From a virus, in IMG/VR virus record IMGVR_UViG_3300047471_000729, positions 28,967 through 92,966 of that record: a DNA stretch of 64,000 bases; one strand, written 5' to 3'. The notes under the pieces were generated by a model. The model was not told the origin of the DNA and did no database searches. It saw only the letters and a program-made list of their open reading frames with translations. Both the position numbers and the translations under genes were made by a program. How positions within the stretch are numbered: position 1 is the stretch's first letter; each line of letters starts with the position of its first letter. Below, piece by piece: positions 17,755 through 27,518 of the stretch.

Positions 17755-18255
17755 TTAGGTGGCCATCAGTTCACGAGCAGCAGGACCGTCCTTCCGCCGC
17801 CTGCGCCGGCGCTTCAGAAAGGACGTCTGATCCTTCTCGTTCCAGGACCGAATGAGTGCCATGTCCAGATAGTCCAGATCGAGACCAAAGTCCTCATAGC
17901 CCTGTGCGATCACGTCCAGATAGTGCTGCCCAGGAGGCTGAACACCACCGTGGCACATCTGATACACCAGGACATCGGCAACCTTACCGGTCTTGACCAT
18001 CTTGACCTTGATGTAGATCTTCTCATAGAGACCTCCACCAACGCCCTCATACATGTCAAGCTCTTTTTCACACTCCCTGGTGATCTTCCAAAGACCACCG
18101 GGGCAGCTTTCCTTGCGGTCGTACTCGATATCGGCTACACCGCGAAACACCAGGCGTGAGTGGGTGAGATGAAACGAGCCCAGCTTCTTGGCCTTGGGGC
18201 ATCTGCGCTTCATCGCCTCGACACAGAGATTGCTTCCATAGGCGAAATACAACAT
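17755..18255 (-). CDS. Gamma-glutamylcyclotransferase (AIG2/GGCT) family protein
   Basis: MLYFAYGSNL...LDMYEG..GLY...YLDVIAQGY; AAGGAG RBS. Confidence 0.9.
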   Translation of the reverse strand: MLYFAYGSNLCVEAMKRRCPKAKKLGSFHLTHSRLVFRGVADIEYDRKESCPGGLWKITRECEKELDMYEGVGGGLYEKIYIKVKMVKTGKVADVLVYQMCHGGVQPPGQHYLDVIAQGYEDFGLDLDYLDMALIRSWNEKDQTSFLKRRRRRRKDGPAARELMAT

Positions 18256-18320
18256 GTCGGAATCTCCTTGCTGACTCCCTATATATATAAGCGCTTTGCG
18301 ATGAATTGCAAGCCCCCGCA

Positions 18321-18602
18321 TCAAAAGATTTCGTCCTTGAGTCTGGGGTTGAGGCGATCCACACCGGGACCCTTGTGCTTGATCCACGGACCCGGCGGGT
18401 CGCCCTGACCGTCCCAAACTAACGTAGCAAGGAACGCCTCGTGGCGGAGTTCGTAGCAATATCGACTGCTATAACCGGTCTCATCCAGACCTGTGAACAG
18501 ACCAGTGGTAAAGTTCATATTCATCAGGCCGATCCACCTGCCGTCCTTGAGCTGTCGAACGTTTGTGTAGCCCTCTGATAGGAGCAGCTCTTCGGTGGTC
18601 AT
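18321..18602 (-). CDS. Hypothetical protein
   Basis: GLDETGYSSRYCY...WDGQGDPPGPWIKHKG; coupled ORF. Confidence 0.6.
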   Translation of the reverse strand: MTTEELLLSEGYTNVRQLKDGRWIGLMNMNFTTGLFTGLDETGYSSRYCYELRHEAFLATLVWDGQGDPPGPWIKHKGPGVDRLNPRLKDEIF

Positions 18603-18730
18603 GATCGATCCTGAATGATGTGAATGACGATGGGTGCACGCGGCATTGAGCCGAGTTGGTACCCCAATAGTCCACACGCTGCGATGAATGTGATTAGTAT
18701 CACCGCAAGAATAACTTCAGACCAGTGCAT
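18599..18730 (-). CDS. Small membrane protein
   Basis: Single hydrophobic helix VILAVILITFIAACGLLGY. Confidence 0.5.
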   Translation of the reverse strand: MHWSEVILAVILITFIAACGLLGYQLGSMPRAPIVIHIIQDRS

Positions 18731-18731
18731 G

Positions 18732-19040
18732 TTAATCCATTCGACAAACTTCGAACTCACCACCGGGCTGCACAATGGCAACCCATGAATGATTGTAGAA
18801 GCGGATCAACTCATTCCGAAGAATGGTCTCGGCTAGCAGTTTAACCGGTGGGTCGCCTGGGTACTGCAGGTCACCATTGGCCAGCATGGTGAACCCCTGG
18901 AAAGGGACCCACCCGCCACCGTGACCATAGGACCGATCGAACTGCTCCCGCGCGGGCATAGGATTGCCCTCGTTGAGAAACAGTGGGATGTATCCGAGCA
19001 TCTCGATCGTTGCCTGTGGGTGCTTCATCGTCCAGATCAT
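18732..19040 (-). CDS. Hypothetical protein
   Basis: GGAG RBS; 102-aa ORF in the early operon. Confidence 0.65.
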   Translation of the reverse strand: MIWTMKHPQATIEMLGYIPLFLNEGNPMPAREQFDRSYGHGGGWVPFQGFTMLANGDLQYPGDPPVKLLAETILRNELIRFYNHSWVAIVQPGGEFEVCRMD

Positions 19041-19160
19041 CGGTTTCTCCAGTTATTAGATCCGTGCGCCGTTGCCGTGTGGTGTTGCTGCGCAGTATTT
19101 CGCCACCGTGTAAGGTGCGCCTTGGCGCACGGCTTGGCGTCGTGCATGTGGGTCATTGGG

Positions 19161-19418
19161 TCATCCTGGGCCATTGCTTGACATCCGTTCTATCAGTTCA
19201 TCGGCGCAGTCGAGCCAATCGGTATGCATCTCGGGGTAAGCTCCCTCTTCACCCACCTGATCCCATGGACGGCTCGTCCGCATCTCGAACATGTCGTACA
19301 AGTGTCGGGCGAGGCGCTCGCGGAACTGGCTGTTCGACAGGGCCCGATGCCAGCCTGGATTGCGGTCGAGCCATTGTTTGATGGTGGGCTGCATTGTGAT
19401 TACTCCTTGTAAGTCCAT
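19161..19418 (-). CDS. Hypothetical protein
   Basis: Abuts the neighbouring ORF; the start may be the internal MQPT after AAGGAG. Confidence 0.55.
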   Translation of the reverse strand: MDLQGVITMQPTIKQWLDRNPGWHRALSNSQFRERLARHLYDMFEMRTSRPWDQVGEEGAYPEMHTDWLDCADELIERMSSNGPG

Positions 19419-19655
19419 TCAGTGCGTGGTTTCGGTTTCGTCAACCAGCAGGCCGATCCGAACGAGGTCGGCAACGAAATCTTCTGCGCTGCCGCACCGC
19501 ACCCGCTTGCCCGTTTGTAGCAAGACTCTGCCTTGGGTCTCTTTCATAAACTTGCGATCGTTATCTGATTGCGTGAAAGAAATCTTGTGCAGTTCTTTCA
19601 CAATACCCTCTGGGGTCGTTGCCCCCAGAGGTTGTCCATCATTGGTCCGGTACAT
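19419..19655 (-). CDS. Hypothetical protein
   Basis: GAGGAG RBS; follows the amidoligase. Confidence 0.6.
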   Translation of the reverse strand: MYRTNDGQPLGATTPEGIVKELHKISFTQSDNDRKFMKETQGRVLLQTGKRVRCGSAEDFVADLVRIGLLVDETETTH

Positions 19656-19661
19656 AGCTGC

Positions 19662-20876
19662 TTATCTCCTCTCGGTGATGACACGATTGAGTTGAGCTAC
19701 CCGCGCCTGCAGGAAAGCCAACTCGTTCGCAGGGATATTAACCGTATTTGCAAAATTCTGCAAGGAATCATCTCCCTCGGGCTGCAAACCTTTCACGGCC
19801 GCGTCGTAGATGCGCAAGCAAACCCGTACCCAATGCTCTGCTTTGTCGGCATCGACCGTGCCCTGGTGCTGCCTGAACTCGACCGTTGTGTGTCGCCAGA
19901 AGGCTGCGAGATTAACCTTGAGGAACCGCTCAAGTCTATTCTCCATTTGTGCGGGATAGCTTGGCATGATGTTTAACAAGCTACCCGCATATGCCAGCGC
20001 CAGCTCGTCTATATTGGTGGCGGCTGCAATTAGAAGCGACCTGGCACCATCTTCCACCCGCGCTTTGGTCGAGCGGCAATAACTATTGTTATTTGCACGG
20101 CGCGTCTGGGAAGTGATAGAGTCAATTGCGCCTTCATAGTGACCATAAAGCTTGATCAGATTGCGGAAGAAGTTAACATCTCGGCCTTCTGCGCCGATAT
20201 GCACGTGAAAGCCTGCCTGGCGGCGAACTGTGCAGCCCTTTTCTTCCAGAAACTTCATCATCTTACGCATCTGCTGGATGCCCTCGCTGCCTTGCAGCAC
20301 TGGGGACACCACTTCAATGCCATTTCTACGATCACCAAGCGAACCGTCCTGCGTGATCTTCCACACATTAGGCCGGACGGGATCACGATAATAACCAATC
20401 ACTGCTTGAAAGCCTGCGCTGATCATGTCAGCCATAAGGCTGCGTTGACCCATATTCCGGGGCATGTAGCATTCGATCTCAACGCCGAATGTGTAATCGG
20501 TGAGGTCGGCGTCAAGCGCGGTGCTGAGTGCCACAATTGCTGTGCTGGTGTGAGGCGCCCGTGGACCGCGAGGCGTCACTGTGCCTTCGGTCAACAGCAC
20601 TTCCGGGAGCTGCTCCAGCAGGCTGGGCATCGGTAAGCGTTCAATCAGCCAGGTCCGATTTGTGTTTATCACCCGCTGGCGCAAGGCCAGCAAGCGAACG
20701 GCCCGCCACCGAACTGAGGTCCAATTGTTGGTCCACTGATTGGTGTTCCACTGGGACACGCCACTCAGATGATGGCGTACCTGTGTTGCGATGGTCCGAT
20801 ACTCATTGTGGATCTGCTCGTCCCACCAGGCCGGACCTTGGCCATTGATTGTGGGGGGTAGATTAATGCGAGGCAT
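19662..20876 (-). CDS. Phage amidoligase (COOH-NH2 ligase, Amidoligase_2-like)
   Basis: TFGVEIE, WKITQDGSL, IEVVSPVL, GFHVHIG, KVNL...TVEFRQHQGT motifs. Confidence 0.9.
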   Translation of the reverse strand: MPRINLPPTINGQGPAWWDEQIHNEYRTIATQVRHHLSGVSQWNTNQWTNNWTSVRWRAVRLLALRQRVINTNRTWLIERLPMPSLLEQLPEVLLTEGTVTPRGPRAPHTSTAIVALSTALDADLTDYTFGVEIECYMPRNMGQRSLMADMISAGFQAVIGYYRDPVRPNVWKITQDGSLGDRRNGIEVVSPVLQGSEGIQQMRKMMKFLEEKGCTVRRQAGFHVHIGAEGRDVNFFRNLIKLYGHYEGAIDSITSQTRRANNNSYCRSTKARVEDGARSLLIAAATNIDELALAYAGSLLNIMPSYPAQMENRLERFLKVNLAAFWRHTTVEFRQHQGTVDADKAEHWVRVCLRIYDAAVKGLQPEGDDSLQNFANTVNIPANELAFLQARVAQLNRVITERR

Positions 20877-20901
20877 GAGCTTGTCTCCGTTCTGACAAAG
20901 C

Positions 20902-20931
20902 TATATATAAGCTTTTTGCAGCACATTGCAA
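20902..20931 (-). promoter_or_regulatory. Early promoter with TTGC-N8-GCAA palindrome
   Basis: TTGCAA...GCTTATATATAG; near-copy of the motifs at 17523-17550 and 18282-18311. Confidence 0.75.
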
Positions 20932-21264
20932 GCTATCATGCAAAATGATTTGAATTCTTTTATTGAGCGTTGTCAAAGGCTTACGATGGGTTTATGGACG
21001 AATTTCGGGCGACTGTACGGCACCGGAAGTGGGGGTTTCGGACCCTTCGAGTACATAGCAGTGGGATACGAATACCGCGCTCCACGAGCCTTGAGGCCGG
21101 CCTTTGTGAAACGACCCTTGAATGGACTTACGCGGCCGAAAACGTAACGAATCACTAGGACGGTGAGGCCGATCACGTTCAGACCGACCCACACCGCCAG
21201 AACTATTCCAGCGGTTAGCACCCCTAACCCCCCACCCTTGAATTGAACCCAAAAAGTAGCAGCG

Positions 21265-21348
21265 TATTGCAATGCGGTGCAATAGCTAATTTCGCAGGTC
21301 AGGTATGCAAGTTTGCATATTGCAATGCGGTGCAATATCGCTTACATT
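21265..21348 (+). promoter_or_regulatory. Twin operator TATTGCA-N6-TGCAATA and rightward promoter TTGCAA-N17-TACATT
   Basis: Exact 20-bp direct repeat TATTGCAATGCGGTGCAATA at 21265-21284 and 21318-21337, at the strand switch. Confidence 0.75.
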
Positions 21349-21372
21349 TCCTGAGTCAGATGGAGAATTTTT

Positions 21373-21570
21373 ATGAAGCTCTGGATTTTGACTTTCGCCC
21401 TTGACGACGACCACTTCGTTGGGACTTTCTCCACCGAGGAGAAGGCGCAGGCAGCATCAGCTGCCTTTTCCAAGGATGCCGAGCAGGCAACGATGTGGAT
21501 ATCGATTGTCCCGGTCGAACTTGATAACGACGATCTGGTCGATATTGAATTGTGCGGTACGGGCGACTAG
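21373..21570 (+). CDS. Hypothetical protein
   Basis: GGAG RBS; first gene of the rightward unit. Confidence 0.6.
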   Translation: MKLWILTFALDDDHFVGTFSTEEKAQAASAAFSKDAEQATMWISIVPVELDNDDLVDIELCGTGD

Positions 21571-21572
21571 AC

Positions 21573-21755
21573 ATGAGTTACCTCGTTGGACGACTGATCA
21601 ACGAATACCAGATTCACGCATTCTACTACTGCCAGACCCTGGAAGAAGCAAAGTCTGTCTGTGCAGTTGAATGGGTTGGTCAACACAATATCTGGAGCGG
21701 CAAGGATTATGATGACGATACGATATACGTCATCATAAAGCGGACTCCAAATTAA
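21573..21755 (+). CDS. Hypothetical protein
   Basis: Packed ORF starting MSYLVG. Confidence 0.5.
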   Translation: MSYLVGRLINEYQIHAFYYCQTLEEAKSVCAVEWVGQHNIWSGKDYDDDTIYVIIKRTPN

Positions 21756-21814
21756 ATCTCGTCTGAATGCTTATTTCCTTTTGCAGTTTTGTGCAAAGCC
21801 TATAAGCTTGCAAT

Positions 21815-22141
21815 ATGCCCGTCAGCAAGCAAACACCGCTAACAGCTCAAGCGACTCACGAGCATAATTTTGAGCAGTCTTACGCTGACTGGGAAGCCTC
21901 GGTGTTTGATAGGGCTGCTTACTTTGCAGTGATCGAGCTGCGCTATGGTGGGCGTGGCCAGCAAAGATACACAAAGTGGACGGTTCTCCCCTGGGCACTG
22001 CGCTATGCGCGGGAACATGTGGAGACCGGTCCCTGTGTGTATGCCGTAGTAGAGTCTGGAAGGTTTACAGTTCTCGACCGCGAAAAGTGGGATGATTGGG
22101 AAACACGTTGGCGTCGGTCTAGAGAACACATCAAAGCCTGA
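21815..22141 (+). CDS. Hypothetical protein
   Basis: ORF directly after the promoter/palindrome at 21781-21808; possibly leaderless. Confidence 0.6.
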   Translation: MPVSKQTPLTAQATHEHNFEQSYADWEASVFDRAAYFAVIELRYGGRGQQRYTKWTVLPWALRYAREHVETGPCVYAVVESGRFTVLDREKWDDWETRWRRSREHIKA

Positions 22142-22145
22142 CTGA

Positions 22146-23480
22146 ATGGAGTTATTCCCTTACCAGCGGAAGGGGGTAACTTTTCTAGAACGCAGAAAAG
22201 GTCGCGCTCTAATTGCCGACGAGATGGGACTGGGAAAGACAGTCCAAGTATTAGGTTGGTTGCAGCATCGACGGTCGTATAGACCTACAATCATAATCTG
22301 TCCTACGTCTGTCAGATTACACTGGCAATCACTTATTCGCTTAATGTTGCACGAAGAGTGTTATCTGCCTTATTCTCAAACGGCTGCGGGTATAGGGTAT
22401 GAAAATCAATCTTTCATTATCATTCATTACAGTATTGTACCTTTCTGGGTTGACTGGTTAAGAGCTCTAAAACCAAAGGTTATCGTGGTGGATGAAGCTC
22501 AGGCTATAAAGACCAACAATACAAAACGCACCAACGCTGTAAAGGCTTTGGCTCGTAAAGTCCCGCATGTTATTGGCTTGACTGGTACTCCGATCGTTAA
22601 TCGACCAAGCGAAGCATTCAACATTTTGCAGATAATTGATCGCAAAACCTTTCCCAATCAACGAAAGTATGCTGAGCGATATTGTGATCGTAAGCTGACA
22701 TACTGGGGTTGGGATGAGTCTGGTGCAATCAACATTCCTGAACTCCATGAGCTCTTATCTTCGGTTATGTTGCGCAGGCGCAAGGTGGATGTATTAAAGA
22801 GTCTACCACCAAAGATACGCAGCTTCGTCCCACTTGAGTTGACCAATCGTAAGGAATACACCGCAGCTGAAAAGGACTTTATTGGCTATGTAAGGGAAAC
22901 AGAGGGTAAGGAGGCAGCGAAAAAAGCAAACAAGGCTGCGGCACTTACAAAGGTTACTTTTCTGCGTTTGTTAGCAGCTCGAGGTAAACTAGAACAGGCA
23001 ATTGATTGGATTGCTAATACAATAGAGGAACAGAAGCTAGTTGTTTTTGCAGTCCATCGTGAAATTCTTGACCCTGTTTTTAACGCATTTCGTAAAGTTG
23101 CTGTACGAGTTGATGGTAGTGTAAATGAAGCCGAGCGTGGTCGTGCTATTGATCGGTTTCAGAAGGATCCAAAGTGCAGGTTATTCGTTGGACAAACACA
23201 AGCAGCAGGTACCGGAATAACACTGACCGCAGCGAGTAATGTTGCATTTCTGGAACTGCCGTGGACTCCGGGGGACTTGTTGCAATGTGAAGATAGGTGT
23301 CATAGGATTGGTCAGGTCAATTCAGTGACAATACATTATCTTCTAGCAGCAAACACAATAGATGAAAAGATGGCGGATCTGATAGACAGGAAGCGTAGAA
23401 TTTTAGACTCCGTGCATGATGGGGAAACCTTCCCATCAATCTTAGCTGAGTTGTTAAACCATTACAATAAACGGGGGTAA
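22146..23480 (+). CDS. SNF2/SMARCAL1-like helicase
   Basis: ADEMGLGKT, DEAQ, LTGTP, GITLTAA, QCEDRCHRIGQ. Confidence 0.93.
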   Translation: MELFPYQRKGVTFLERRKGRALIADEMGLGKTVQVLGWLQHRRSYRPTIIICPTSVRLHWQSLIRLMLHEECYLPYSQTAAGIGYENQSFIIIHYSIVPFWVDWLRALKPKVIVVDEAQAIKTNNTKRTNAVKALARKVPHVIGLTGTPIVNRPSEAFNILQIIDRKTFPNQRKYAERYCDRKLTYWGWDESGAINIPELHELLSSVMLRRRKVDVLKSLPPKIRSFVPLELTNRKEYTAAEKDFIGYVRETEGKEAAKKANKAAALTKVTFLRLLAARGKLEQAIDWIANTIEEQKLVVFAVHREILDPVFNAFRKVAVRVDGSVNEAERGRAIDRFQKDPKCRLFVGQTQAAGTGITLTAASNVAFLELPWTPGDLLQCEDRCHRIGQVNSVTIHYLLAANTIDEKMADLIDRKRRILDSVHDGETFPSILAELLNHYNKRG

Positions 23481-23482
23481 CT

Positions 23483-23950
23483 ATGGAAGTAGCGATACCA
23501 ACTAAGCTAGCGATTAAGTTCGCATACAGCACAGGTATTGAGGTCGGATACCTGTTTTCCGAAGCGGTGGAAGCCTATTGGAAGGCCACAATTGATCCCA
23601 AATATGACCCGCGCAAAGCATCTTTCAAGACTTACGCCACCACCTGTGTCTATCGTCATCTCTGCAGTGTGATTGCGGAGTACAAGCGTAAGTATCCTGA
23701 CTATGATCAGATTAGCGAAGACATGGTTAGTCAGGAACCTAGCCCCGAGGATGTTTACTATTTCAAGGAGATAGTGAGTCAGTTACCGGATGATGGTAAG
23801 TATGTGATCCATTTGGTGTTGGAAGTGCTGGATGGTATTCCTGCTTATCGGGCCCGTGCGGCAATTCGTAAAATGCTAAAGGGACAGTGGGCCTCTGTTC
23901 GGATTGACACAGCATTTCACTCTGTTAGCCTGATGCTGAAAGAGGCGTAG
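23483..23950 (+). CDS. Sigma-factor-like protein (region 2-like)
   Basis: EAYWKA....YDPRKASFKTYATTCVYRHL resembles sigma70 region 2; region 4 is not clear. Confidence 0.55.
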   Translation: MEVAIPTKLAIKFAYSTGIEVGYLFSEAVEAYWKATIDPKYDPRKASFKTYATTCVYRHLCSVIAEYKRKYPDYDQISEDMVSQEPSPEDVYYFKEIVSQLPDDGKYVIHLVLEVLDGIPAYRARAAIRKMLKGQWASVRIDTAFHSVSLMLKEA

Positions 23951-24877
23951 TTGGACATCCTTGAAATCTACCGTAGGCATGGTGTGCACTATCAGACGGA
24001 AGGTGATAGGCATACCACGCGCGGGTGGGTCAATTGTCGCTGCCCGTTCTGCACGGGCAGCCCCGGCCTGCATTTAGGCTTTAACTTACAACACAAGTTC
24101 TTTAGATGCTGGCGCTGCGGTTGGCACAGCACCGTTGATACATTGATTGAATTATGCCGCGTCTCATCCGAACAAGCTCGTCAACTGTACTATGAGCTTG
24201 GTGCCTCCGGTGGACCTTTTGTCCCGCGAGTGGACAAGACATCAAGGCTAATCAATCTATCTCGGTACAAGCGGCCTACAGATGTTGGCCCCTTACGTCC
24301 TTCTCACAAGCGATACTTGGCTGGTAGAGGCTTTGATCCTGAGAAGATTGAAGCAGAATGGCATGTATGCAGCACGGGACCTTTAGCCTATCTTGACAAT
24401 ATCGACTACCGGTACAGGCTGTTCATTCCTATCGTGTGGAATGATAGAGAAGTGTCCTTTCAATGCAGAGATGTCACAGGCAAGTCAGACATCAAGTACC
24501 GAGCTTGCCCACTGGATCGCGAGGCTATGCACCACAAGAATATCTTGTATGGCAGGCCGGATTGCTGGGGTTCCAGGGTCGGTATAGCGGTGGAGGGTGT
24601 CACGGATGTCTGGAGGCTGGGTGCTCAAGCCTTTGCCGTGCTTGGCATTGAGTACAAAATAGAGCAAGTGGTCCTAATCAAGAAGTTTTTTGATCGGATT
24701 GCCATTGTATTTGATGGGGATAGGCAAGCGCAGAGGCAGGCAAGAGAGCTGGGCTCTAGGCTGGATGCTATGGGAGTCGACACCTTTATTTACAAGCTTG
24801 ATAAAGGCGTCGATCCCGGTAGCATGTCAGATGATGATGCGAAGCATCTAGTTAAGACGCTTCAAACTCCGCGGTAA
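23951..24877 (+). CDS. DNA primase (Zn finger + TOPRIM)
   Basis: CPFC...CWRC; AVEGVTD; FDGD; DPG. Confidence 0.88.
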   Translation: MDILEIYRRHGVHYQTEGDRHTTRGWVNCRCPFCTGSPGLHLGFNLQHKFFRCWRCGWHSTVDTLIELCRVSSEQARQLYYELGASGGPFVPRVDKTSRLINLSRYKRPTDVGPLRPSHKRYLAGRGFDPEKIEAEWHVCSTGPLAYLDNIDYRYRLFIPIVWNDREVSFQCRDVTGKSDIKYRACPLDREAMHHKNILYGRPDCWGSRVGIAVEGVTDVWRLGAQAFAVLGIEYKIEQVVLIKKFFDRIAIVFDGDRQAQRQARELGSRLDAMGVDTFIYKLDKGVDPGSMSDDDAKHLVKTLQTPR

Positions 24878-24981
24878 GCACCTCTCGAGGCAGGGATGCA
24901 AGTCGTGCATCACGCATAAGGTCCAACTATCGTCGCTGTGAGTTGTATTAATTCACTATACAACGTTTGTTTTGGATCCAT

Positions 24982-26277
24982 TTATGTTACTCTTAAGTTA
25001 TACTTAAGAAATCTTTTGACCAAAGTTGTTGACTTTATTCTACGTCGAGTTAATGCAGAAAGCATCATCATAGTTACTCCAACTATCACTATTGAAACTT
25101 TGTCGTTCATATCTCCCACAATGAAAATTGGTTGTAGAATTAATGTCATCAAAACTCCAGTACAAAATGTAACAAGAGAATTCTGACCTAAAAGAATGAC
25201 TGGCTTGGAAACAGTCCATCTTAAGAATTCACTCTCTCGACTGACAAAGCTATTAATAACAATCACCACTGCTAGAAAATTAGCTAGTCGGACTGGTGCT
25301 AGAAATTCTTTACTTTGAAATAGTCTCCATGGCAAACCACCAGGAAAGATGAGTTCATTTACCGATGGTATGCTAAAAATTGCGCATCCTATAACAATAG
25401 TCCAAGCTCCAATAGTTATCCAATTCCATTTATTAACTATATAAATTTCTCTGTTCTTAATCGGAATAAACTCTGGAATTAGAATTCTTCTTCTATGAGT
25501 TTGAAGATGTCGAATTGATGCACCTATGACAAATAGGAATTGCCATGACAAAGGATTTACCCAATGAGCACTGTTAAAATATGGAATATCCCACAATATA
25601 ATTAAAGTCGAAAAGTAAATTGAAAAGGAAACTAGTAACGTTACCAACACATTCTTCCTAAGAGCATATAGAATAATCGGAAGAATTGCTAGGAGCATCA
25701 TATATACTGGCAAAACTCCTAGAAATGGTACCTTAAACTTAAAAGAAACTAGCGCATCGATAGCTTGCTGAAAGACAGTATCAATTGAGATATAAGGAGA
25801 TGACTCACCAGAAATTACTACATACAAAAAGTAGAATAAGAAAATCAGAAAGTTGGCTATGTATAGCTTACCAACTCGTTTGTAAATTTTAGTAGCTGTT
25901 GGTCGTATTCCATAGTTATTCAACATACTTCCATAGACCAAATAAGAAATGTATCCTGAGATACAAATGAAAACCTCCGATGCATCGAAGAAAGTGAAAT
26001 AGCGAAGGAGTAGCGGTGATCCATGAACATGATCATAAAAGATCAAAATGAGAGCGATTCCTCGAAAGAAATCTACTCTGGGATCACGAGAGCTAAGGTA
26101 GTCAGCCGGCATCATTACACCGGTGGTACCGCGCCGATTCTCTTCAATCGGCAAAGTGTCGATATGACTTCCCTTCTGAAAATCAGCGCGTGGTTTTGGG
26201 AGACGGGACAATCTATGCTCCCAACGATACATCATTTCGGCGTAATCCATAACAGTTCCTTTCATCTCATAAACCAA
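24982..26277 (-). CDS. opgC: OpgC-family membrane acyltransferase (true start may lie downstream)
   Basis: RDPRVDFFRGIAL..IFYDHV, DASEVF..ISGY, LPVY, NPLSWQFLF, LGQNSL.TFC.G; many TM helices; visibly AT-rich. Confidence 0.8.
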   Translation of the reverse strand: MVYEMKGTVMDYAEMMYRWEHRLSRLPKPRADFQKGSHIDTLPIEENRRGTTGVMMPADYLSSRDPRVDFFRGIALILIFYDHVHGSPLLLRYFTFFDASEVFICISGYISYLVYGSMLNNYGIRPTATKIYKRVGKLYIANFLIFLFYFLYVVISGESSPYISIDTVFQQAIDALVSFKFKVPFLGVLPVYMMLLAILPIILYALRKNVLVTLLVSFSIYFSTLIILWDIPYFNSAHWVNPLSWQFLFVIGASIRHLQTHRRRILIPEFIPIKNREIYIVNKWNWITIGAWTIVIGCAIFSIPSVNELIFPGGLPWRLFQSKEFLAPVRLANFLAVVIVINSFVSRESEFLRWTVSKPVILLGQNSLVTFCTGVLMTLILQPIFIVGDMNDKVSIVIVGVTMMMLSALTRRRIKSTTLVKRFLKYNLRVT

Positions 26278-27518
26278 CGACTAATCACTTGCTTCACTCC
26301 TTTCATTGGGGAACCCCACCTTTGCCTTACTTCTTTGGCTTGTTTTTGTACTGTTATCTTTAATGGTGGATTGTGTCTTTTATGTAGTTCTTCAATTACA
26401 GCAGTGATGTCTCCTAACTTTCCATCAAAACCTACCTCAAGAACAGCTAGTGACGCAATCGAATAGGCTTCAAGCAGACGTGGTACCCATTGTGTTCTCC
26501 GCTTTAGATCCATTGGAAGGATCTTTTTCCCCACATTATTTTCAAGATTCACCCAGTTTATTGCCCGGATTTTCAGCGTTTCCATAGTTAGAAGAGCATC
26601 ATTCGGATAACCAAGTATTTTAATTTCATGTATCTTATTCCAAAACATCTGTTTATATTCATTAATCAAGCCCATTTCAAAGGTATAGCGCATGGCTCGG
26701 TGAAGTTTTTGATTACCTCGCTGTCCATGTTCCAAGTGGGTTAGTATGTGAAACCATGCGTCCTCAAACGGATCTCTACTGGGCTTCAGTCTAGGACGAC
26801 GATACTTGGTGATGGATGAAGGTGTAACTTCCACCACTTCCTTAACTTTGGGTAACGGTGCGGGTGGAGGCAACACAGGAGGAGTTAATAACTTAGGTGG
26901 TGCTTCCGGGTATACCTTGGGTGCACGTTTGCGCCTGGCCGCACCCGCGCGAGGTAGAGTAGATTTCTCAGGTGGAGCCTGAATTATCTCTGGTGGGATT
27001 GGTGGTACCTGCGCAGCATATGTCGCCGCTTCTGCTTCCCGACATCCGTTAATAAGTGCTGCAACCTTATCCAAATTAACCCCATTACCATTGGATTGCG
27101 GATTAGTTACAGAGACTTCGTTATTACAGGTAGGACATGTATAAGCAGGTTTTTGATTGGAAGATGGCCAATGGGATAGATAACGTTTATTCCCACAATC
27201 TACACAAGCAGTCGTATCAGGCTTAAGCCGAATAAAATCAGAACGTTGCAGACGGGGAATATTTCCCCGACTGTTTTTTCCCTGATCATCTTGACGCTCA
27301 ATGAGTGGGCGGACATATGATATAAATAACCGCCATCGGGCAGTATGCAAACCTACATCAATCGGTGAATCTCCTCTGCCATTAATCCGGGAGGATCGGC
27401 GGAGGGCTAGATGGGGTGGAATTGATTCTTCCACCCCAGCAAAGAGCCCTCCTAACCGAACCCAAGACTCTGGGTTCGCCGCTAGATTAGCGACGGTTTG
27501 TTGTCGCCAGGTTAGCAT
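26262..27518 (-). CDS. Hypothetical protein with CxxC...CxxC zinc ribbon
   Basis: CVDC...CPTC; overlaps both neighbours. Confidence 0.6.
   Translation of the reverse strand: MLTWRQQTVANLAANPESWVRLGGLFAGVEESIPPHLALRRSSRINGRGDSPIDVGLHTARWRLFISYVRPLIERQDDQGKNSRGNIPRLQRSDFIRLKPDTTACVDCGNKRYLSHWPSSNQKPAYTCPTCNNEVSVTNPQSNGNGVNLDKVAALINGCREAEAATYAAQVPPIPPEIIQAPPEKSTLPRAGAARRKRAPKVYPEAPPKLLTPPVLPPPAPLPKVKEVVEVTPSSITKYRRPRLKPSRDPFEDAWFHILTHLEHGQRGNQKLHRAMRYTFEMGLINEYKQMFWNKIHEIKILGYPNDALLTMETLKIRAINWVNLENNVGKKILPMDLKRRTQWVPRLLEAYSIASLAVLEVGFDGKLGDITAVIEELHKRHNPPLKITVQKQAKEVRQRWGSPMKGVKQVISRWFMR

Noticed and set aside
20973-21335. 120-aa minus-strand ORF across the divergence region
   Set aside because: Its 5' part runs through the twin operator and promoter. 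A shorter membrane peptide is possible but unsupported, so it is not called.
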